64,000 nucleotides of DNA from an uncultured cyanobacterium (GCA_963703315.1 OY969811.1:608001-672000); one strand, 5' to 3'. Shown: positions 19,359 to 29,538, counted from the stretch's first letter. Notes: generated from the letters alone by a model not told the origin. Translations and numbers: made by a program.

Positions 19359-19637
19359 TCATAGTGCTGCATTCGATTCACGATGATCTTCCCAAATCTC
19401 GATATCTAAATCATTGAGATAGGCGATCGCATTTTGGATTTGATCATGAGTCCCATTGAGACTAAGGTGAAACCAACCACTACCAGCATTCATCCCTAGA
19501 GTCGCTGCCAAAATATTGACCGTGACACCGCATTGAGATGTTAAATGCGAAATCACAGGTTCACCATGCAGTTCTTCAGGAATACGCAGCCGAAGATCTT
19601 GAACTATAGGGCGAATATCGGTAGTCATCAGAGACAC
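19359..19637 (-). CDS. Stand-alone NIL-domain protein
   Basis: EPVISHL...VTVNILAA...GWFHLSL...AIAYL; lies downstream of cysW. Confidence 0.85.
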   Translation of the reverse strand: MSLMTTDIRPIVQDLRLRIPEELHGEPVISHLTSQCGVTVNILAATLGMNAGSGWFHLSLNGTHDQIQNAIAYLNDLDIEIWEDHRESNAAL

Positions 19638-19758
19638 TCCTTGTATTGCTAATACGGATTCTTAAGAACAGTGTGACTATTCTGGAAATTTCTAGATCTT
19701 ATTTAATAGCAGTTCCAAAGTTGTTTAGGCTTCGCAAGTTACAAAAAATCCACAAAAG

Positions 19759-20634
19759 CTAATCTTGCTTCTTATGGGTTTTACGTTCTAAGATTTCTTT
19801 CAGGATGAGGGTGACAACTGCTAGCAGTGCTAATAGGACGGCGGCAGAGTAGGCTACCTCGTTTTCGTAGTTTTTATAGGATTCCTCTACAAATAATGGC
19901 AAGCTTTGGGTTTGGGCGGCAATATTACCTGAAACTACCGATACAGCCCCAAACTCACCCATCGCTCTAGCATTGGTTAACACTAAGCCATAGAGCAAGC
20001 CCCAACGAATATTCGGCACAACTACTTTCCAGAAGATTTGCCAATCGCTTGCACCGAGAGTACGAGCGGCTTCTTCTTGGTCAGTTCCCATTTCATCTAA
20101 AACGGGAATTACCTCACGGGCAATGAAGGGCATACTCACAAAAATGGTGGCTAGTAGCATTCCGGGGAAAGCAAATACAATTTTGATGTCATTCGCTTCG
20201 AGAAATGAGCCGAACCAACCAAGACGACCATAGAGCAGGACGATCATCAAACCTGCAACTACAGGCGAGATCGAGAAAGGTAGGTCGATGATACTTAGGA
20301 GTAAAGCTTTGCCTGGAAATTTATTACGGGCGATCGCCCAAGCTGCACTGAGTCCAAAAATGGTATTGAGAGGTAAGGCGATCGCCGCTAACATTGCAGT
20401 TAATTTAATTGCCGTTTGAAAATCTTCGCGCTTGAAGGCGGATAGGATCGGCTCAAATCCTTTAGCAAAGGCTTGGACAAAAACATTCGCCGCAGGGATT
20501 AACAAGATTAGTCCGAGGTATAAAAAAGAAATGCCAATTAAAATTGCAGGGACAAAGCTTTTCTTCTTTTTGATTTGGGTGGGTTCAGGTGAAGTTTGCG
20601 GATAATTTGCCGCAGAAGTATTAAGGTTAGCCAT
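19759..20634 (-). CDS. cysW: Sulfate ABC transporter permease CysW (start 20634 inferred)
   Basis: Motifs IDLPFSISPVVAGLM, EEAARTLGAS and TNARAMGEFGAV. Confidence 0.95.
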   Translation of the reverse strand: MANLNTSAANYPQTSPEPTQIKKKKSFVPAILIGISFLYLGLILLIPAANVFVQAFAKGFEPILSAFKREDFQTAIKLTAMLAAIALPLNTIFGLSAAWAIARNKFPGKALLLSIIDLPFSISPVVAGLMIVLLYGRLGWFGSFLEANDIKIVFAFPGMLLATIFVSMPFIAREVIPVLDEMGTDQEEAARTLGASDWQIFWKVVVPNIRWGLLYGLVLTNARAMGEFGAVSVVSGNIAAQTQSLPLFVEESYKNYENEVAYSAAVLLALLAVVTLILKEILERKTHKKQD

Positions 20635-21493
20635 ATCGCTTGCTCCATGCTTGTAAGAGGTTAATGGCAAGGAGGCTCACAAAGGAGATTCCTAACATTA
20701 CGACACCGATCACCGTTGCGCCCACATAGTCATACTGCTCTAGACGTTGGAAGATTAGAATCGGGGTGATCAGATCCTTAAAAGGCGTATTGGAGGCAAT
20801 GATGACGGTGGAGCCATATTCACCAACGGCACGGGAAAAGCCAAGGGCAATGCCTGTGAGGATCGACGGGGTGAGTGGTGGTAAAACTACTTGCATAAAG
20901 GTCTGAAATTGAGAAGCACCGAGTGACCATGCGGCTTCTTCGATCTCTTTTTCTAATTCTGTAAGTACGGGCTGCACAGTCCGCACAATGAAAGGTAATG
21001 AGATAAAGACCATTGCTACAAATACACCAATGCGACTAAAAGCGATTTTGACTCCCAGAGGTGCAAAGAATGAACCTAGCCAACCTTTTTCACTGTAAAC
21101 CGTAGCTAAGGTCAAACCTGCTACGGCTGTTGGTAAGGCAAAGGGCAAATCAACAACGGCTTCGAGAAAACGCTTACCAAAAAAGTTGTAGCGCACAATC
21201 ACCCAAGCAATGAGAGTGCCAAATACACCATTAATTGCGGCGGCGGCAAAGGCAGTCACAAAGGTGATTTCATAGCTAGATAGGGCAATTGGACTAGTGG
21301 CAGTTTTCCAGAAACTCTCGAATGGCTCACTAGCTGCCTTGGTGATCATTGCCACGATTGGCAAAATTAGCAGAAAGGCGAGATAGGTAAAGGTAATTAC
21401 CCATGTCCAAGGAATTTTAGAGAGGAATTTTAAAAAAGGGTTAGTTTGCGATCGCTTTTGATCAGGGGGCGATGAAGGGGTTGTCGTTACCAT
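20627..21493 (-). CDS. cysT: Sulfate ABC transporter permease CysT (start 21493 inferred)
   Basis: Motifs VDLPFALPTAVAG, RTVQPVL, EEAAWSLGAS and RAVGEYGS. Confidence 0.95.
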   Translation of the reverse strand: MVTTTPSSPPDQKRSQTNPFLKFLSKIPWTWVITFTYLAFLLILPIVAMITKAASEPFESFWKTATSPIALSSYEITFVTAFAAAAINGVFGTLIAWVIVRYNFFGKRFLEAVVDLPFALPTAVAGLTLATVYSEKGWLGSFFAPLGVKIAFSRIGVFVAMVFISLPFIVRTVQPVLTELEKEIEEAAWSLGASQFQTFMQVVLPPLTPSILTGIALGFSRAVGEYGSTVIIASNTPFKDLITPILIFQRLEQYDYVGATVIGVVMLGISFVSLLAINLLQAWSKRYG

Positions 21494-21583
21494 GTTGTCT
21501 TTAATTTCAAAAGGCTGGGGGTATATCAAACAAGGGGCTTTAGCCCCTTGCAAATAGTTAAACTAGCTAGCTTCTAGTAAGTT

Positions 21584-22762
21584 TTAGCGCTTGATTTTTG
21601 ATTGAATTTGGTCAAAAGCCGCACCATCAGCAAAGAATTTTTTGTTGATTTCATCCCAACCGCCAAGATCTTTTACGGTAGAGAGATCTTTAACTTTAGG
21701 ATAAAGATCAACAAATTGCTTTTCTTTAGCGACAGTTTCATCGACTGGACGGAAACCAACCTTAGCAAACTCAGTCTGTGCTTCAGTAGAATAGAGGAAC
21801 TTTACAAATGCTTCTGCAACTTCTTTTGTGCCATGTTTGGCTACGTTTTTATCAACAATGGCGATCGGATTGTCGATGGAGAAATTGACATCAGGGATAA
21901 CATAGTTAACTTTTTGACCTTTCTGAGAAGCAAGAATAATCTCGTTTTCATAGTTAATCAATGCATCGCCTTGACCTTGCTTAAAGAAAGCGTCAGTAGC
22001 TTCACGAGCATCTTTAGTCAAGATTGGTACATTGGTATAAACCTTAGTCAAAGCTTCTAAAGCTTTTTCATCACTGCCACCTTTCTTTAAAGCTGCATTC
22101 CACAAAGCTAAAAAGTTCCAACGAGCAACACCCGAAGTCTTAGGATCGGCTGTGATGAGTGATGTGCCAGCCTTTTCTAAATCTGACCAGTCTTTAATGC
22201 CTTTAGGATTGCCATCACGGGTCACAATTACTGGGATTGATTTAGATACAATTCCGTCATTGGGATATTCTTTTTCCCATCCTTTGTCGATCAATCCAGC
22301 TTTTTCAATCTTTGAGGTATCAGCCGCAAGCGCGAGGTGAACAATGTCCGCTTCTAGACCATCGATAACAGCACGGGTTTGAGAACCTGAACCACCATAG
22401 CTTTGTTTAAAGGTGACTTTTTGGTTCTGTTCTTTTTGCCATTTCTCTACAAATTTAGGAATAATCGCTTCATGAGCTTGTTTGGTCACAGCAAAGGAAA
22501 CTAGGGTTAATTGAACATCTTTTTTAGGAGCGCCTGTGGCTGTTTGAGCAGTTGGGCTACCAGCAGCTTTTGGATCAGTTGCAGTGGGTTTGGTATCGGT
22601 AGTTGCTGTGCAAGCGGCTAAAGTGACGCTGATCAGCGCACCTGCTAAAAAGAAAGAGACAAATCTACGTCCCCATTTATGGCTAAATATGCTGCTAAAT
22701 AAATTAGCGATCGCCTTGACCGACGATGTTAAGAAGCTGACAGGTTGCTGCCTTGAACTCAT
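21584..22762 (-). CDS. sbpA: Sulfate-binding lipoprotein
   Basis: Lipobox LAAC; motifs QSYGGSGSQTRAVIDGL, DPKTSGVARWNFLA and GQGDALINYENE. Confidence 0.95.
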   Translation of the reverse strand: MSSRQQPVSFLTSSVKAIANLFSSIFSHKWGRRFVSFFLAGALISVTLAACTATTDTKPTATDPKAAGSPTAQTATGAPKKDVQLTLVSFAVTKQAHEAIIPKFVEKWQKEQNQKVTFKQSYGGSGSQTRAVIDGLEADIVHLALAADTSKIEKAGLIDKGWEKEYPNDGIVSKSIPVIVTRDGNPKGIKDWSDLEKAGTSLITADPKTSGVARWNFLALWNAALKKGGSDEKALEALTKVYTNVPILTKDAREATDAFFKQGQGDALINYENEIILASQKGQKVNYVIPDVNFSIDNPIAIVDKNVAKHGTKEVAEAFVKFLYSTEAQTEFAKVGFRPVDETVAKEKQFVDLYPKVKDLSTVKDLGGWDEINKKFFADGAAFDQIQSKIKR

Positions 22763-22979
22763 GAGCGTATCTCCAATAAAGTAATCTACGATATATTGAT
22801 GGGAATACCGTGTTTAAATACCATACAATACTTTTCCTAGAGATACAAATAAAATCTCCTGTTTCCCAGTTGGGTATTCGTAGATAAATCCAGAAGCGAG
22901 TTGTGGTGCTAAGCACCACAACTCGCTTCTGATGTAAGACTTGTGACGCACGCGCAGCGTTCGCCACAAGATTTAGGTT

Positions 22980-24332
22980 TTATTTATCACTAATTTTTGA
23001 GCTATTTTTAGACTCCGAATCGGTGGGTAAAACAGGTGGCACTAAATTTACTAATACTTTATCTACGCGATTGCCATCCATATCCACCACTTCAAAGCGC
23101 ATGGTTTCCCAAGTAAAATGTTCGCCAACCATCGGGATATGTCGCAGGTAGGTCATCATTAATCCCCCTAGCGTGTGGTAGTTATGATCTTTTTCAAAGG
23201 GTAATTCTTCGACCTCTAATATTTCTTTGAGGCGATCGCTAGAAATCATGCCATCAATTAGCCAAGATCCATCTTCTCTTTGCATTGCTTCTGGGTCACC
23301 TTGGCGATCGCTTGATGGCAAGTCACCAACGATCGCTTCGAGGAGGTCAGTGAGTGTGACTAATCCCTCAACACCGCCATACTCATCTGTCACCATGGCG
23401 ACGCGATCGCCAGATTGTTTAAATTGCTCCAGCACACTTAAGGCACTTGCAGTTTCCGCCACATACAAAGGTGGGCTACTAACTTTAACCAAATCAATCT
23501 GCTCGCCATTCAAACTAGCATTCAGAAAAGCCTTAATTTCGACAATACCAACGCAATCATCGAGATTTTCCCTAGCCACTGGAAAGCGAGAATGTCCACT
23601 CTCTAAAACATCACGTTGGGTTTCCTCAAAAGGCGCATCCACATCGAGCCAGTCGATCTCAGTGCGTGGGGTCATCAGCGATTTGATTGGGCGATCGCCT
23701 AAACGAAATACTCGTTCCACCATATCTTGCTCGGCTTCTTCAAACATCCCCGACTCAGCGCCTTGAGCGATCATTACCTTGATTTCTTCTTCGGTAACTT
23801 GTAAGTCTTCTGTTTCCTGAATCCCTAAAAAACTGAGCAATGTATCAGTCGAGATACTCAGCAAATAGACGATGGGTGTACCAATATTGGCGAAAAAGCG
23901 CATCGGTGGTGCAACAGCACAAGCGATTCTTTCGGCATTGCTCATTGCTAAGCGTTTAGGGACAAGTTCACCAATCACTAAAGATAAATAGGTAATGATC
24001 CCCACGACGATTACAAAGCTAATGGTTTTGCTATAAGGTTGCACCAGAGGGATAGTATCTAATGACTGTTGCAAGGTTTGGGCTACGGTTGCACCACCCA
24101 ATGCACCGCTTAAAATTCCGATTAAAGTAATCCCAATCTGAACAGTTGATAAAAAATTGTTAGGTGAGGCGATTAGTCGTAAAGCTGCTCTGGCTTTAGC
24201 ATTTCCTTCCTTTGCCCATTGCTCTAGGCGCACTTTGCGAGCAGATATGATTGCTAGCTCGGACATCGAAAAAACACCATTGGCAATAATTAGCAAAATG
24301 ATGAGTAAAGCTTCAAAAGCGAGGGAAGACAT
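22980..24332 (-). CDS. Hemolysin-family (DUF21/CNNM + CBS + CorC) membrane protein
   Basis: Motifs NGVFSMSELAI, FLSTVQIGIT, GELVPKRLA, MTPR, DEYGG and DMDGNRVDKV. Confidence 0.93.
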   Translation of the reverse strand: MSSLAFEALLIILLIIANGVFSMSELAIISARKVRLEQWAKEGNAKARAALRLIASPNNFLSTVQIGITLIGILSGALGGATVAQTLQQSLDTIPLVQPYSKTISFVIVVGIITYLSLVIGELVPKRLAMSNAERIACAVAPPMRFFANIGTPIVYLLSISTDTLLSFLGIQETEDLQVTEEEIKVMIAQGAESGMFEEAEQDMVERVFRLGDRPIKSLMTPRTEIDWLDVDAPFEETQRDVLESGHSRFPVARENLDDCVGIVEIKAFLNASLNGEQIDLVKVSSPPLYVAETASALSVLEQFKQSGDRVAMVTDEYGGVEGLVTLTDLLEAIVGDLPSSDRQGDPEAMQREDGSWLIDGMISSDRLKEILEVEELPFEKDHNYHTLGGLMMTYLRHIPMVGEHFTWETMRFEVVDMDGNRVDKVLVNLVPPVLPTDSESKNSSKISDK

Positions 24333-24443
24333 TTTTTTGGGGCAGAACGACTTTATGGGAATCGTTTGTGAAATTTACTAAAGACGCAATATCTATATGA
24401 CTAAATATATATGGTCATATCAAATTTTGTGTCAAGTTCCCAA

Positions 24444-24490
24444 AGACTAAAAAAGGGGATATCACTTCGTGATATCCCCTTTTTTAGTCT
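24444..24490. terminator. Long palindrome / terminator downstream of malQ
   Basis: AGACTAAAAAAGGGGATATCAC-TTC-GTGATATCCCCTTTTTTAGTCT. Confidence 0.65.
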
Positions 24491-24507
24491 AGTAAAATAA
24501 AGAACCG

Positions 24508-24599
24508 ATTTTTTGTGGTGCGGCTTCGCCGCACCACAGATATCCTAACGACTATTTTTTGTGGTACGGCTTCGCCGTACCACAGATATCCTAACGACT
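24508..24599. repeat. 46-bp tandem duplication containing a hairpin and the malQ stop codon
   Basis: ATTTTTTGTGGT(G/A)CGGCTTCGCCG(C/T)ACCACAGATATCCTAACGACT occurs twice. Confidence 0.9.
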
Positions 24600-26126
24600 A
24601 TAGAGTTGGGTGATTTCTAGGAGGCGATCGCTGAGATCTTGATTGAGCAAATCGGGATCACTATAGCGCCAACCCCAGTTACCCGTTGCCGTACCGGGGG
24701 TATTCATCCTTCCACTGTTGTCTAGACCGAGGACATCTTGCAAGGGAACGATCGCAATTACGGATACTGCTGCCATTGCCATCCGAATTAGCACCCAGTT
24801 AATTGGCTCACCTGCGGCAAAGCCCACGATGTATTTATAAAACAATTGCTTTTCTGACTTACTTGACCTCTGCCACCAACCTACAGCCGTGTCATTGTCA
24901 TGGGTTCCTGTATAAACTGCGCTGTTACGCACATAGTTGTGGGGTAAATGAAAATTGTCAGAGCCACCACCAAAGGCAAACATGAGGACGCGCATTCCAG
25001 GAAAGCCAAAATCATCACGCAACTTATCAACCTGAGGCGTAATTACACCCAAGTCTTCCGCCAAAATTGGTAACTCACCCATCACTTCATTGAGCTTGGT
25101 AAATAATTCAGTGCCAGGCGCAGTTTCCCATTCGCCTTTAATAGCTGTCTCTTCACCTGCGGGAACTTGCCAAAAAGCCTCAAAGCCGCGAAAGTGATCG
25201 ATACGAATAATATCCACATAGCGATTTAGAAAGCGGAAGCGATCGATCCACCATGCGAAATCTGTCTCTTGGAGATATTCCCAGTTATAGACAGGATTTC
25301 CCCATAGCTGACCTGTTTCACTGAAATAGTCTGGTGGTACACCCGCCATTTGGGCAACTTCATAGGTTTCAGGATCGAGGACAAAGTTTTCGGGATTTGC
25401 CCACACATCAGCGCTATTGTGCGATACATAGATGGGAATATCACCAATAATCTGAATATTTCGCATATTGGCATATTGCTTGAGCTTTAGCCATTGATCA
25501 AAAAAGATAAACTGCACAAATCTTTGAAACTCAATTTGATCGTGTAATTCTTCGCGTTTTTGTTGCAATGCTTGAGGTTCACGCTTTGCGATCGCTGGCT
25601 CCCAATTATTCCAGACTATTTCAGGATTTTGTTCATGTAGTGCCATAAATAGCACATAGTCTTCTAGCCAATCGGCTTCTTCATAGCAAAACTTTTTAAA
25701 CTGCTCTTGAATCAAATACAGATCGTGATGATGCTTGAGATCTTGATCGACATATCCTTGCTTAAATCTTGTAAAAGCTAGTTCGAGCAATTTACGTTTG
25801 TAAGGCATCACTGCATTAAAATCAACGCGATCTTGATCAAAATCAGGAATATCTTCCCAATCTTCTTCTTTGAGCAAATGCTGCTTAGCTAAAAGTTCGG
25901 GGCTGATCAGATAAGCACTACCCGCGATCGCGCTAAAGCTCATGTAGGGAGAGTTTCCATATCCTGTAGGACCAAGGGGCAGTACTTGCCAAAGCTTTTG
26001 ACCACTCCGCGACAAAAACTCAATAAACTGATAAGCCGTCTCGCCTAAATCCCCAATCCCAAATTTGCTGGGTAACGAGGTTGGGTGTAATAAAATTCCA
26101 CTAGAACGTTGAAAGGGCATAAACAA
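24591..26126 (-). CDS. malQ: 4-alpha-glucanotransferase (amylomaltase)
   Basis: Motifs RSSGILLHPTSLP, GQLWGNP, RIDHFRG, AEDLG and YTGTHDN. Confidence 0.97.
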   Translation of the reverse strand: MFMPFQRSSGILLHPTSLPSKFGIGDLGETAYQFIEFLSRSGQKLWQVLPLGPTGYGNSPYMSFSAIAGSAYLISPELLAKQHLLKEEDWEDIPDFDQDRVDFNAVMPYKRKLLELAFTRFKQGYVDQDLKHHHDLYLIQEQFKKFCYEEADWLEDYVLFMALHEQNPEIVWNNWEPAIAKREPQALQQKREELHDQIEFQRFVQFIFFDQWLKLKQYANMRNIQIIGDIPIYVSHNSADVWANPENFVLDPETYEVAQMAGVPPDYFSETGQLWGNPVYNWEYLQETDFAWWIDRFRFLNRYVDIIRIDHFRGFEAFWQVPAGEETAIKGEWETAPGTELFTKLNEVMGELPILAEDLGVITPQVDKLRDDFGFPGMRVLMFAFGGGSDNFHLPHNYVRNSAVYTGTHDNDTAVGWWQRSSKSEKQLFYKYIVGFAAGEPINWVLIRMAMAAVSVIAIVPLQDVLGLDNSGRMNTPGTATGNWGWRYSDPDLLNQDLSDRLLEITQLYSR

Positions 26127-26165
26127 AAATTTTTAGATCTGGCTTTACTTTACCGCCTTATGTAT

Positions 26166-26257
26166 TAAGTAGGTCAGCAAAGTTATACACAAAACCGAGA
26201 TTGTTGTGCCGCCCGCTATGCGGACGGCACAACAATCTCGGTTTTTACTTATGCTTA
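26166..26257. mobile_element. MITE-like family B (core TGTGCCGCCCGC), right end truncated
   Basis: Starts TAAGTAG; the hairpin matches the copies at 34076 and 44124. Confidence 0.7.
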
Positions 26258-26851
26258 CTCAAAAATTTGGACTAAAGGACAAGCAAATTCTGGCAATAAT
26301 GGCGAAGTGAGAGTATCACTCACAAATAGAGTCATTGCTAATTTGAGAATTCCATTCTCACGACGATAAACTTGAACTTGCTTATTTCTCCAATCAGCAA
26401 TCCAATATTCCAATACTCCCTGTGATGAATAGAGTTTTAACTTAACTTCGCGATCGCGTCTTTCGTTTTCTGTTCCTGATGATAGTACTTCAATGGCAAT
26501 GTCAGGCGCACCAAGTAAATGTCCCGCCTGATCAATCAAAGCTTCATATTTTTCTTTACTGATCCACACCACATCAGGAATCACATCATCCTGATCGCCA
26601 AAGATTACGCCTGCACCCATAGCGGTTTCACCTAACTTGGTAGCGATCGACCAAATATCTAAAGCAGTAAAGAGTCTACCGCAAGTTTTTTGATGTTTCC
26701 AATGAGGCGCTCTCGTCACGTAAAGTTCTCCATTAATAATTTCATGACGGTTACCGTTGTCGGTTAGTAGTTCAAGGTCAGCACTTGTCCAGAGCAGTTT
26801 TTCTTCTGCGGCATTGGTTGAGATATTGGGAGAGGCGATCGCTGGAGTCAT
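26255..26851 (-). CDS. Uma2 family (DUF820) putative endonuclease
   Basis: Motifs EIINGEL, PDVVWI, APDIAIEVLS, KLKLY and EYWIAD. Confidence 0.93.
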   Translation of the reverse strand: MTPAIASPNISTNAAEEKLLWTSADLELLTDNGNRHEIINGELYVTRAPHWKHQKTCGRLFTALDIWSIATKLGETAMGAGVIFGDQDDVIPDVVWISKEKYEALIDQAGHLLGAPDIAIEVLSSGTENERRDREVKLKLYSSQGVLEYWIADWRNKQVQVYRRENGILKLAMTLFVSDTLTSPLLPEFACPLVQIFE

Positions 26852-26966
26852 GATGTTTTCCTAAGCAGCGCGGTATGGTGATTATAGCAATCAGAGCAGG
26901 GTAAAACCTATTAACTGTCCAGTGTCTCGCAATATGACTAAGCACTTTTCAGGGAAGTCTTTCCAA

Positions 26967-26999
26967 TAAAAAAGCACTTGCGTAGCAAGTGCTTTTTTT
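26967..26999 (-). terminator. Terminator downstream of tmRNA
   Basis: AAAAAAGCACTTGC-GTA-GCAAGTGCTTTTTT. Confidence 0.7.
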
Positions 27000-27009
27000 G
27001 TGAGGTTAA

Positions 27010-27398
27010 TGGAATCGGGCAGAGTCGAACTGCCGTCCGCACTAGCGCCTAACCTCCCAGTCATTCACAGGTTTATCCAATCTGATCCTCGTGGAGGGAA
27101 CTGCTATTTGTCCCTAGCAATGGGGGATGCACTGATAAAGTCTTGAGCGAATAACCTACCAGAGAAAGTTATAAGCAGCATCCGTTGAGGGGTTGAGAAA
27201 TGTATTTAACGGAGTCATACATTTCTCCTCGAAACCGAAAAGTTTGGTTCTTAGGCTGCTACAGGAGCTGCTTTACGAGAGAAAGATACAATGTTGTTCG
27301 CATGTACTTGTTTGCGCCATTGATTTACGAGAGATAGCACGCTCTCGACCTGCATCAAGGGATAGCTTCTACTAACACGTCGAAACCCTTACGATCCC
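27010..27398 (-). ncRNA. ssrA: tmRNA (one-piece); tag peptide ANNIVSFSRKAAPVAA at 27301-27251
   Basis: The 5' end GGGATCGTAAGGGTTTCGAC pairs with the 3' CGATTCC-A (G3:U70, A discriminator); T-arm GGCAG-TTCGACT-CTGCC; cyanobacterial-type tag. Confidence 0.97.
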
Positions 27399-27571
27399 AG
27401 TTGTTTTAACTGCATTTAAATAAACTAGATATGCTAGGTCAAGCCATAGCAAACTAAGCTTATTTGCCGCTAGTTATATTTATCATAGCTTACAAAACTA
27501 TGATCTAGGGCAAATTGTTTTAAATTTTCTGCAAGCTGTCAAGAAACATCGTGTTTTGCATGGTGCATCTT

Positions 27572-27664
27572 TACAGCGCTAAAACTCAGAGAAATTTTCA
27601 AAAGCGGCGCGAAGCGCCGCTTTTGAAAATTTCTCTGGACTACTTCAAGCCTCAATAGACTGGA
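27572..27664. mobile_element. MITE-like family C
   Basis: TACAGCG start; perfect 24-bp arms CAGAGAAATTTTCAAAAGCGGCGC around a GAA loop; tail CTACTTCAAGCCTCAATAGACTG as at 46068. Confidence 0.75.
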
Positions 27665-27691
27665 TTATTGTATTAAATGATACAATTTAGA

Positions 27692-27775
27692 TATAGCATT
27701 TCACAGCCTAGTGAAGTATGGGATTGTTTCTCCGCCTTCGGCGGAGAAACAATTATCTGTATGAAAAGCGCTATA
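27692..27775. mobile_element. MITE-like family A, internally deleted, opposite orientation to the copy at 17949
   Basis: TATAGCATTTCACAG...GAAAAGCGCTATA with the core ATTGTTTCTCCGCC-TTC-GGCGGAGAAACAAT. Confidence 0.8.
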
Positions 27776-27802
27776 TATACTCGTGGGAGTTTGGAGGTAT
27801 GT

Positions 27803-28321
27803 ATGAAACCTCGTGCATCTTCTGTTTTCATCCTAATCACCGCGATCGCCGCAAGTCTCTTAGCTAGCGAACCGACAGCAGCCCAATCTTGTAATTATTA
27901 TGTTGGTAGAGCCGTTGGTGGACAAGCAATTAATATTGATACTTGTTCCATTTCCAGAGCCAGTTATCGCAGTGTGAACTTTGTTTATTACTTAGGTAGC
28001 GATCGCGTTGAAAGCCAAGCTAATTGCCAAGATCGAGTATGGACAACTTTTCCTGAACGCACTGTCCATAGTCCCCAATCTGCGGCGACAGTCAAAATGT
28101 TGAATTATGTTTGTAATTTTGATTCGCAAATATCTAATCGCACAGGTACAGCTTATGTCTTTGATCCTCCATCTAATGTAAGAGTCTCGCCTAACGGTAA
28201 TCTGTTGTGTGTTGTGCGATCGCCTCAAACTATTGATCTTTACGGCAAAACTGGAGGGTGGTACTACACCGATGTATGCGGCTCGATGGGAGTGATTCAT
28301 TCGAGTCAGTTACGCTTTTAG
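27803..28321 (+). CDS. Secreted Cys-rich protein with a C-terminal SH3b-like domain (start 27803 inferred)
   Basis: GGAGG RBS before ATG 27803; signal peptide; C-terminal DPPSNVRVSPNG...GWYYT...GVIH. The longer ORF start runs through a MITE. Confidence 0.7.
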   Translation: MKPRASSVFILITAIAASLLASEPTAAQSCNYYVGRAVGGQAINIDTCSISRASYRSVNFVYYLGSDRVESQANCQDRVWTTFPERTVHSPQSAATVKMLNYVCNFDSQISNRTGTAYVFDPPSNVRVSPNGNLLCVVRSPQTIDLYGKTGGWYYTDVCGSMGVIHSSQLRF

Positions 28322-28392
28322 AAATTTTCCTTTGTCTTAAAACCAATCAAAAGGCGGTGCAAAGCACCGCCTTTTGATTTTGGAATTTTAGT

Positions 28393-29538
28393 CTAAACAA
28401 GCAGTAAAGCTTCTGCGAGGTCTTTATCCATTTGCTCAGCACTAGCGATCGCCTCGGTGATAATTTGGCGAGGACTAATGCCATTGTGATAAGCTGCTAG
28501 CCAGCGCTGTGCTTCATTCCCTTGCTCTAGAATCTTTTGCAATGGCGATAGGAAACACCACACTCCCGTATCCTTAGCCCGCGATCGCAGTTCTTCGTAC
28601 AAATCAGAAATCCATGCCCTTGCGGTAATTTGTTCACCTGTTTGCCAATGGGTTAGTACTGCATCCAGACTATTTGTTGCTACCGCTATTTCATTTTGAT
28701 CGGCGATCATCTCTAATTCAATTGGTGTAAATTTACTCGCATTCGGAGCAAGGGGATCAAGGGATGAACCGATGCCAGCTTCGAGAAATTGATTTAAACG
28801 CATTTCTAAAAGTGCGGTAATTGCCAGTAGCGCCACAGGATCGATGACAAGATCGGAAATTCGCAACTCTAGACGATTGAGAGAATAGGGACGATTATCA
28901 CCATTAGGACGCACTGAAGACCAGAGATGACGTACATTTTGCATTGTTCCTAATTGCAATTGTTGTTCTGTCCATTCCACAAAATGATGATGACTACGGA
29001 ATAATGGAACCTGTTTAGGAGTCTTCGGAAACATTTGCCAACGCGAAGAATGGAATCCTGTTGCTTTGCCATTCAGAAAAGGAGAAGCTGCACTCAAAGC
29101 AAGATAGAGAGGTGCTTCAAGTCGAATCAATCGACAGGCAGCAATTAATAGTTCTAGATCAGGAATCCCCACATTAATATGAATACTTGCAGTGACAACA
29201 TCTGTGCCATAAGTTTGCTCAATGTAAGTATGGTAAGGATTTTGTGGATCAGAGCGATAAAAATGATCAGTGCCGCCTAACGCCAAAGTACTTCCGGGCA
29301 TGAGCGTATAGTCGCCAAGCGATCGCAAATAGCTGCGTAATTTTTGTCTCGGTTCCACTAAAGCCATTAACAATGGTTCATATTTATGAAAAGGTGGAGT
29401 GATATATTCAACATTGCGGCTATCTGGCTCACGCACAAACCCATTCAGATTCGCCACAATGCGATCGCTAAAGCCAATCACATCCCCCGTCGGTGTAGAG
29501 GTGTAGATTTCTACTTCAAAGCCTTTGGATAAAAGCAC
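28393..29538 (-). CDS. gshA: Glutamate--cysteine ligase (cyanobacterial type)
   Basis: Motifs LLSKGFEVE, EPDSRNVEY, ASIHIN, NVRHLWSSVRPNG and NRLELRI. Confidence 0.93.
   Translation of the reverse strand: MLLSKGFEVEIYTSTPTGDVIGFSDRIVANLNGFVREPDSRNVEYITPPFHKYEPLLMALVEPRQKLRSYLRSLGDYTLMPGSTLALGGTDHFYRSDPQNPYHTYIEQTYGTDVVTASIHINVGIPDLELLIAACRLIRLEAPLYLALSAASPFLNGKATGFHSSRWQMFPKTPKQVPLFRSHHHFVEWTEQQLQLGTMQNVRHLWSSVRPNGDNRPYSLNRLELRISDLVIDPVALLAITALLEMRLNQFLEAGIGSSLDPLAPNASKFTPIELEMIADQNEIAVATNSLDAVLTHWQTGEQITARAWISDLYEELRSRAKDTGVWCFLSPLQKILEQGNEAQRWLAAYHNGISPRQIITEAIASAEQMDKDLAEALLLV

Noticed and set aside
21602..23766. Long antisense ORFs (152 aa and 179 aa) opposite sbpA and the hemolysin-family gene
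   Set aside because: Shadow frames of well-supported genes with no independent motifs; the same applies to the other short antisense ORFs in the track.
24508..24599. Possible mini-CRISPR array
   Set aside because: Only two directly adjacent 46-bp units, no unique spacer, no cas genes.
27193..27375. 60-aa ORF on the + strand
   Set aside because: Antisense to tmRNA.
27010..27398. Permuted or intron-containing tmRNA, or an island integrated at ssrA or the tRNAs
   Set aside because: The gene is one-piece and of normal length; no integrase and no duplicated 3' end was seen near ssrA, tRNA-Cys or the CAU tRNA.
27677..27802. A fourth in-frame MITE (N-terminal extension of the SH3b-like protein)
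   Set aside because: A strong GGAGG RBS and signal peptide at ATG 27803 indicate that the MITE is upstream of the real start.
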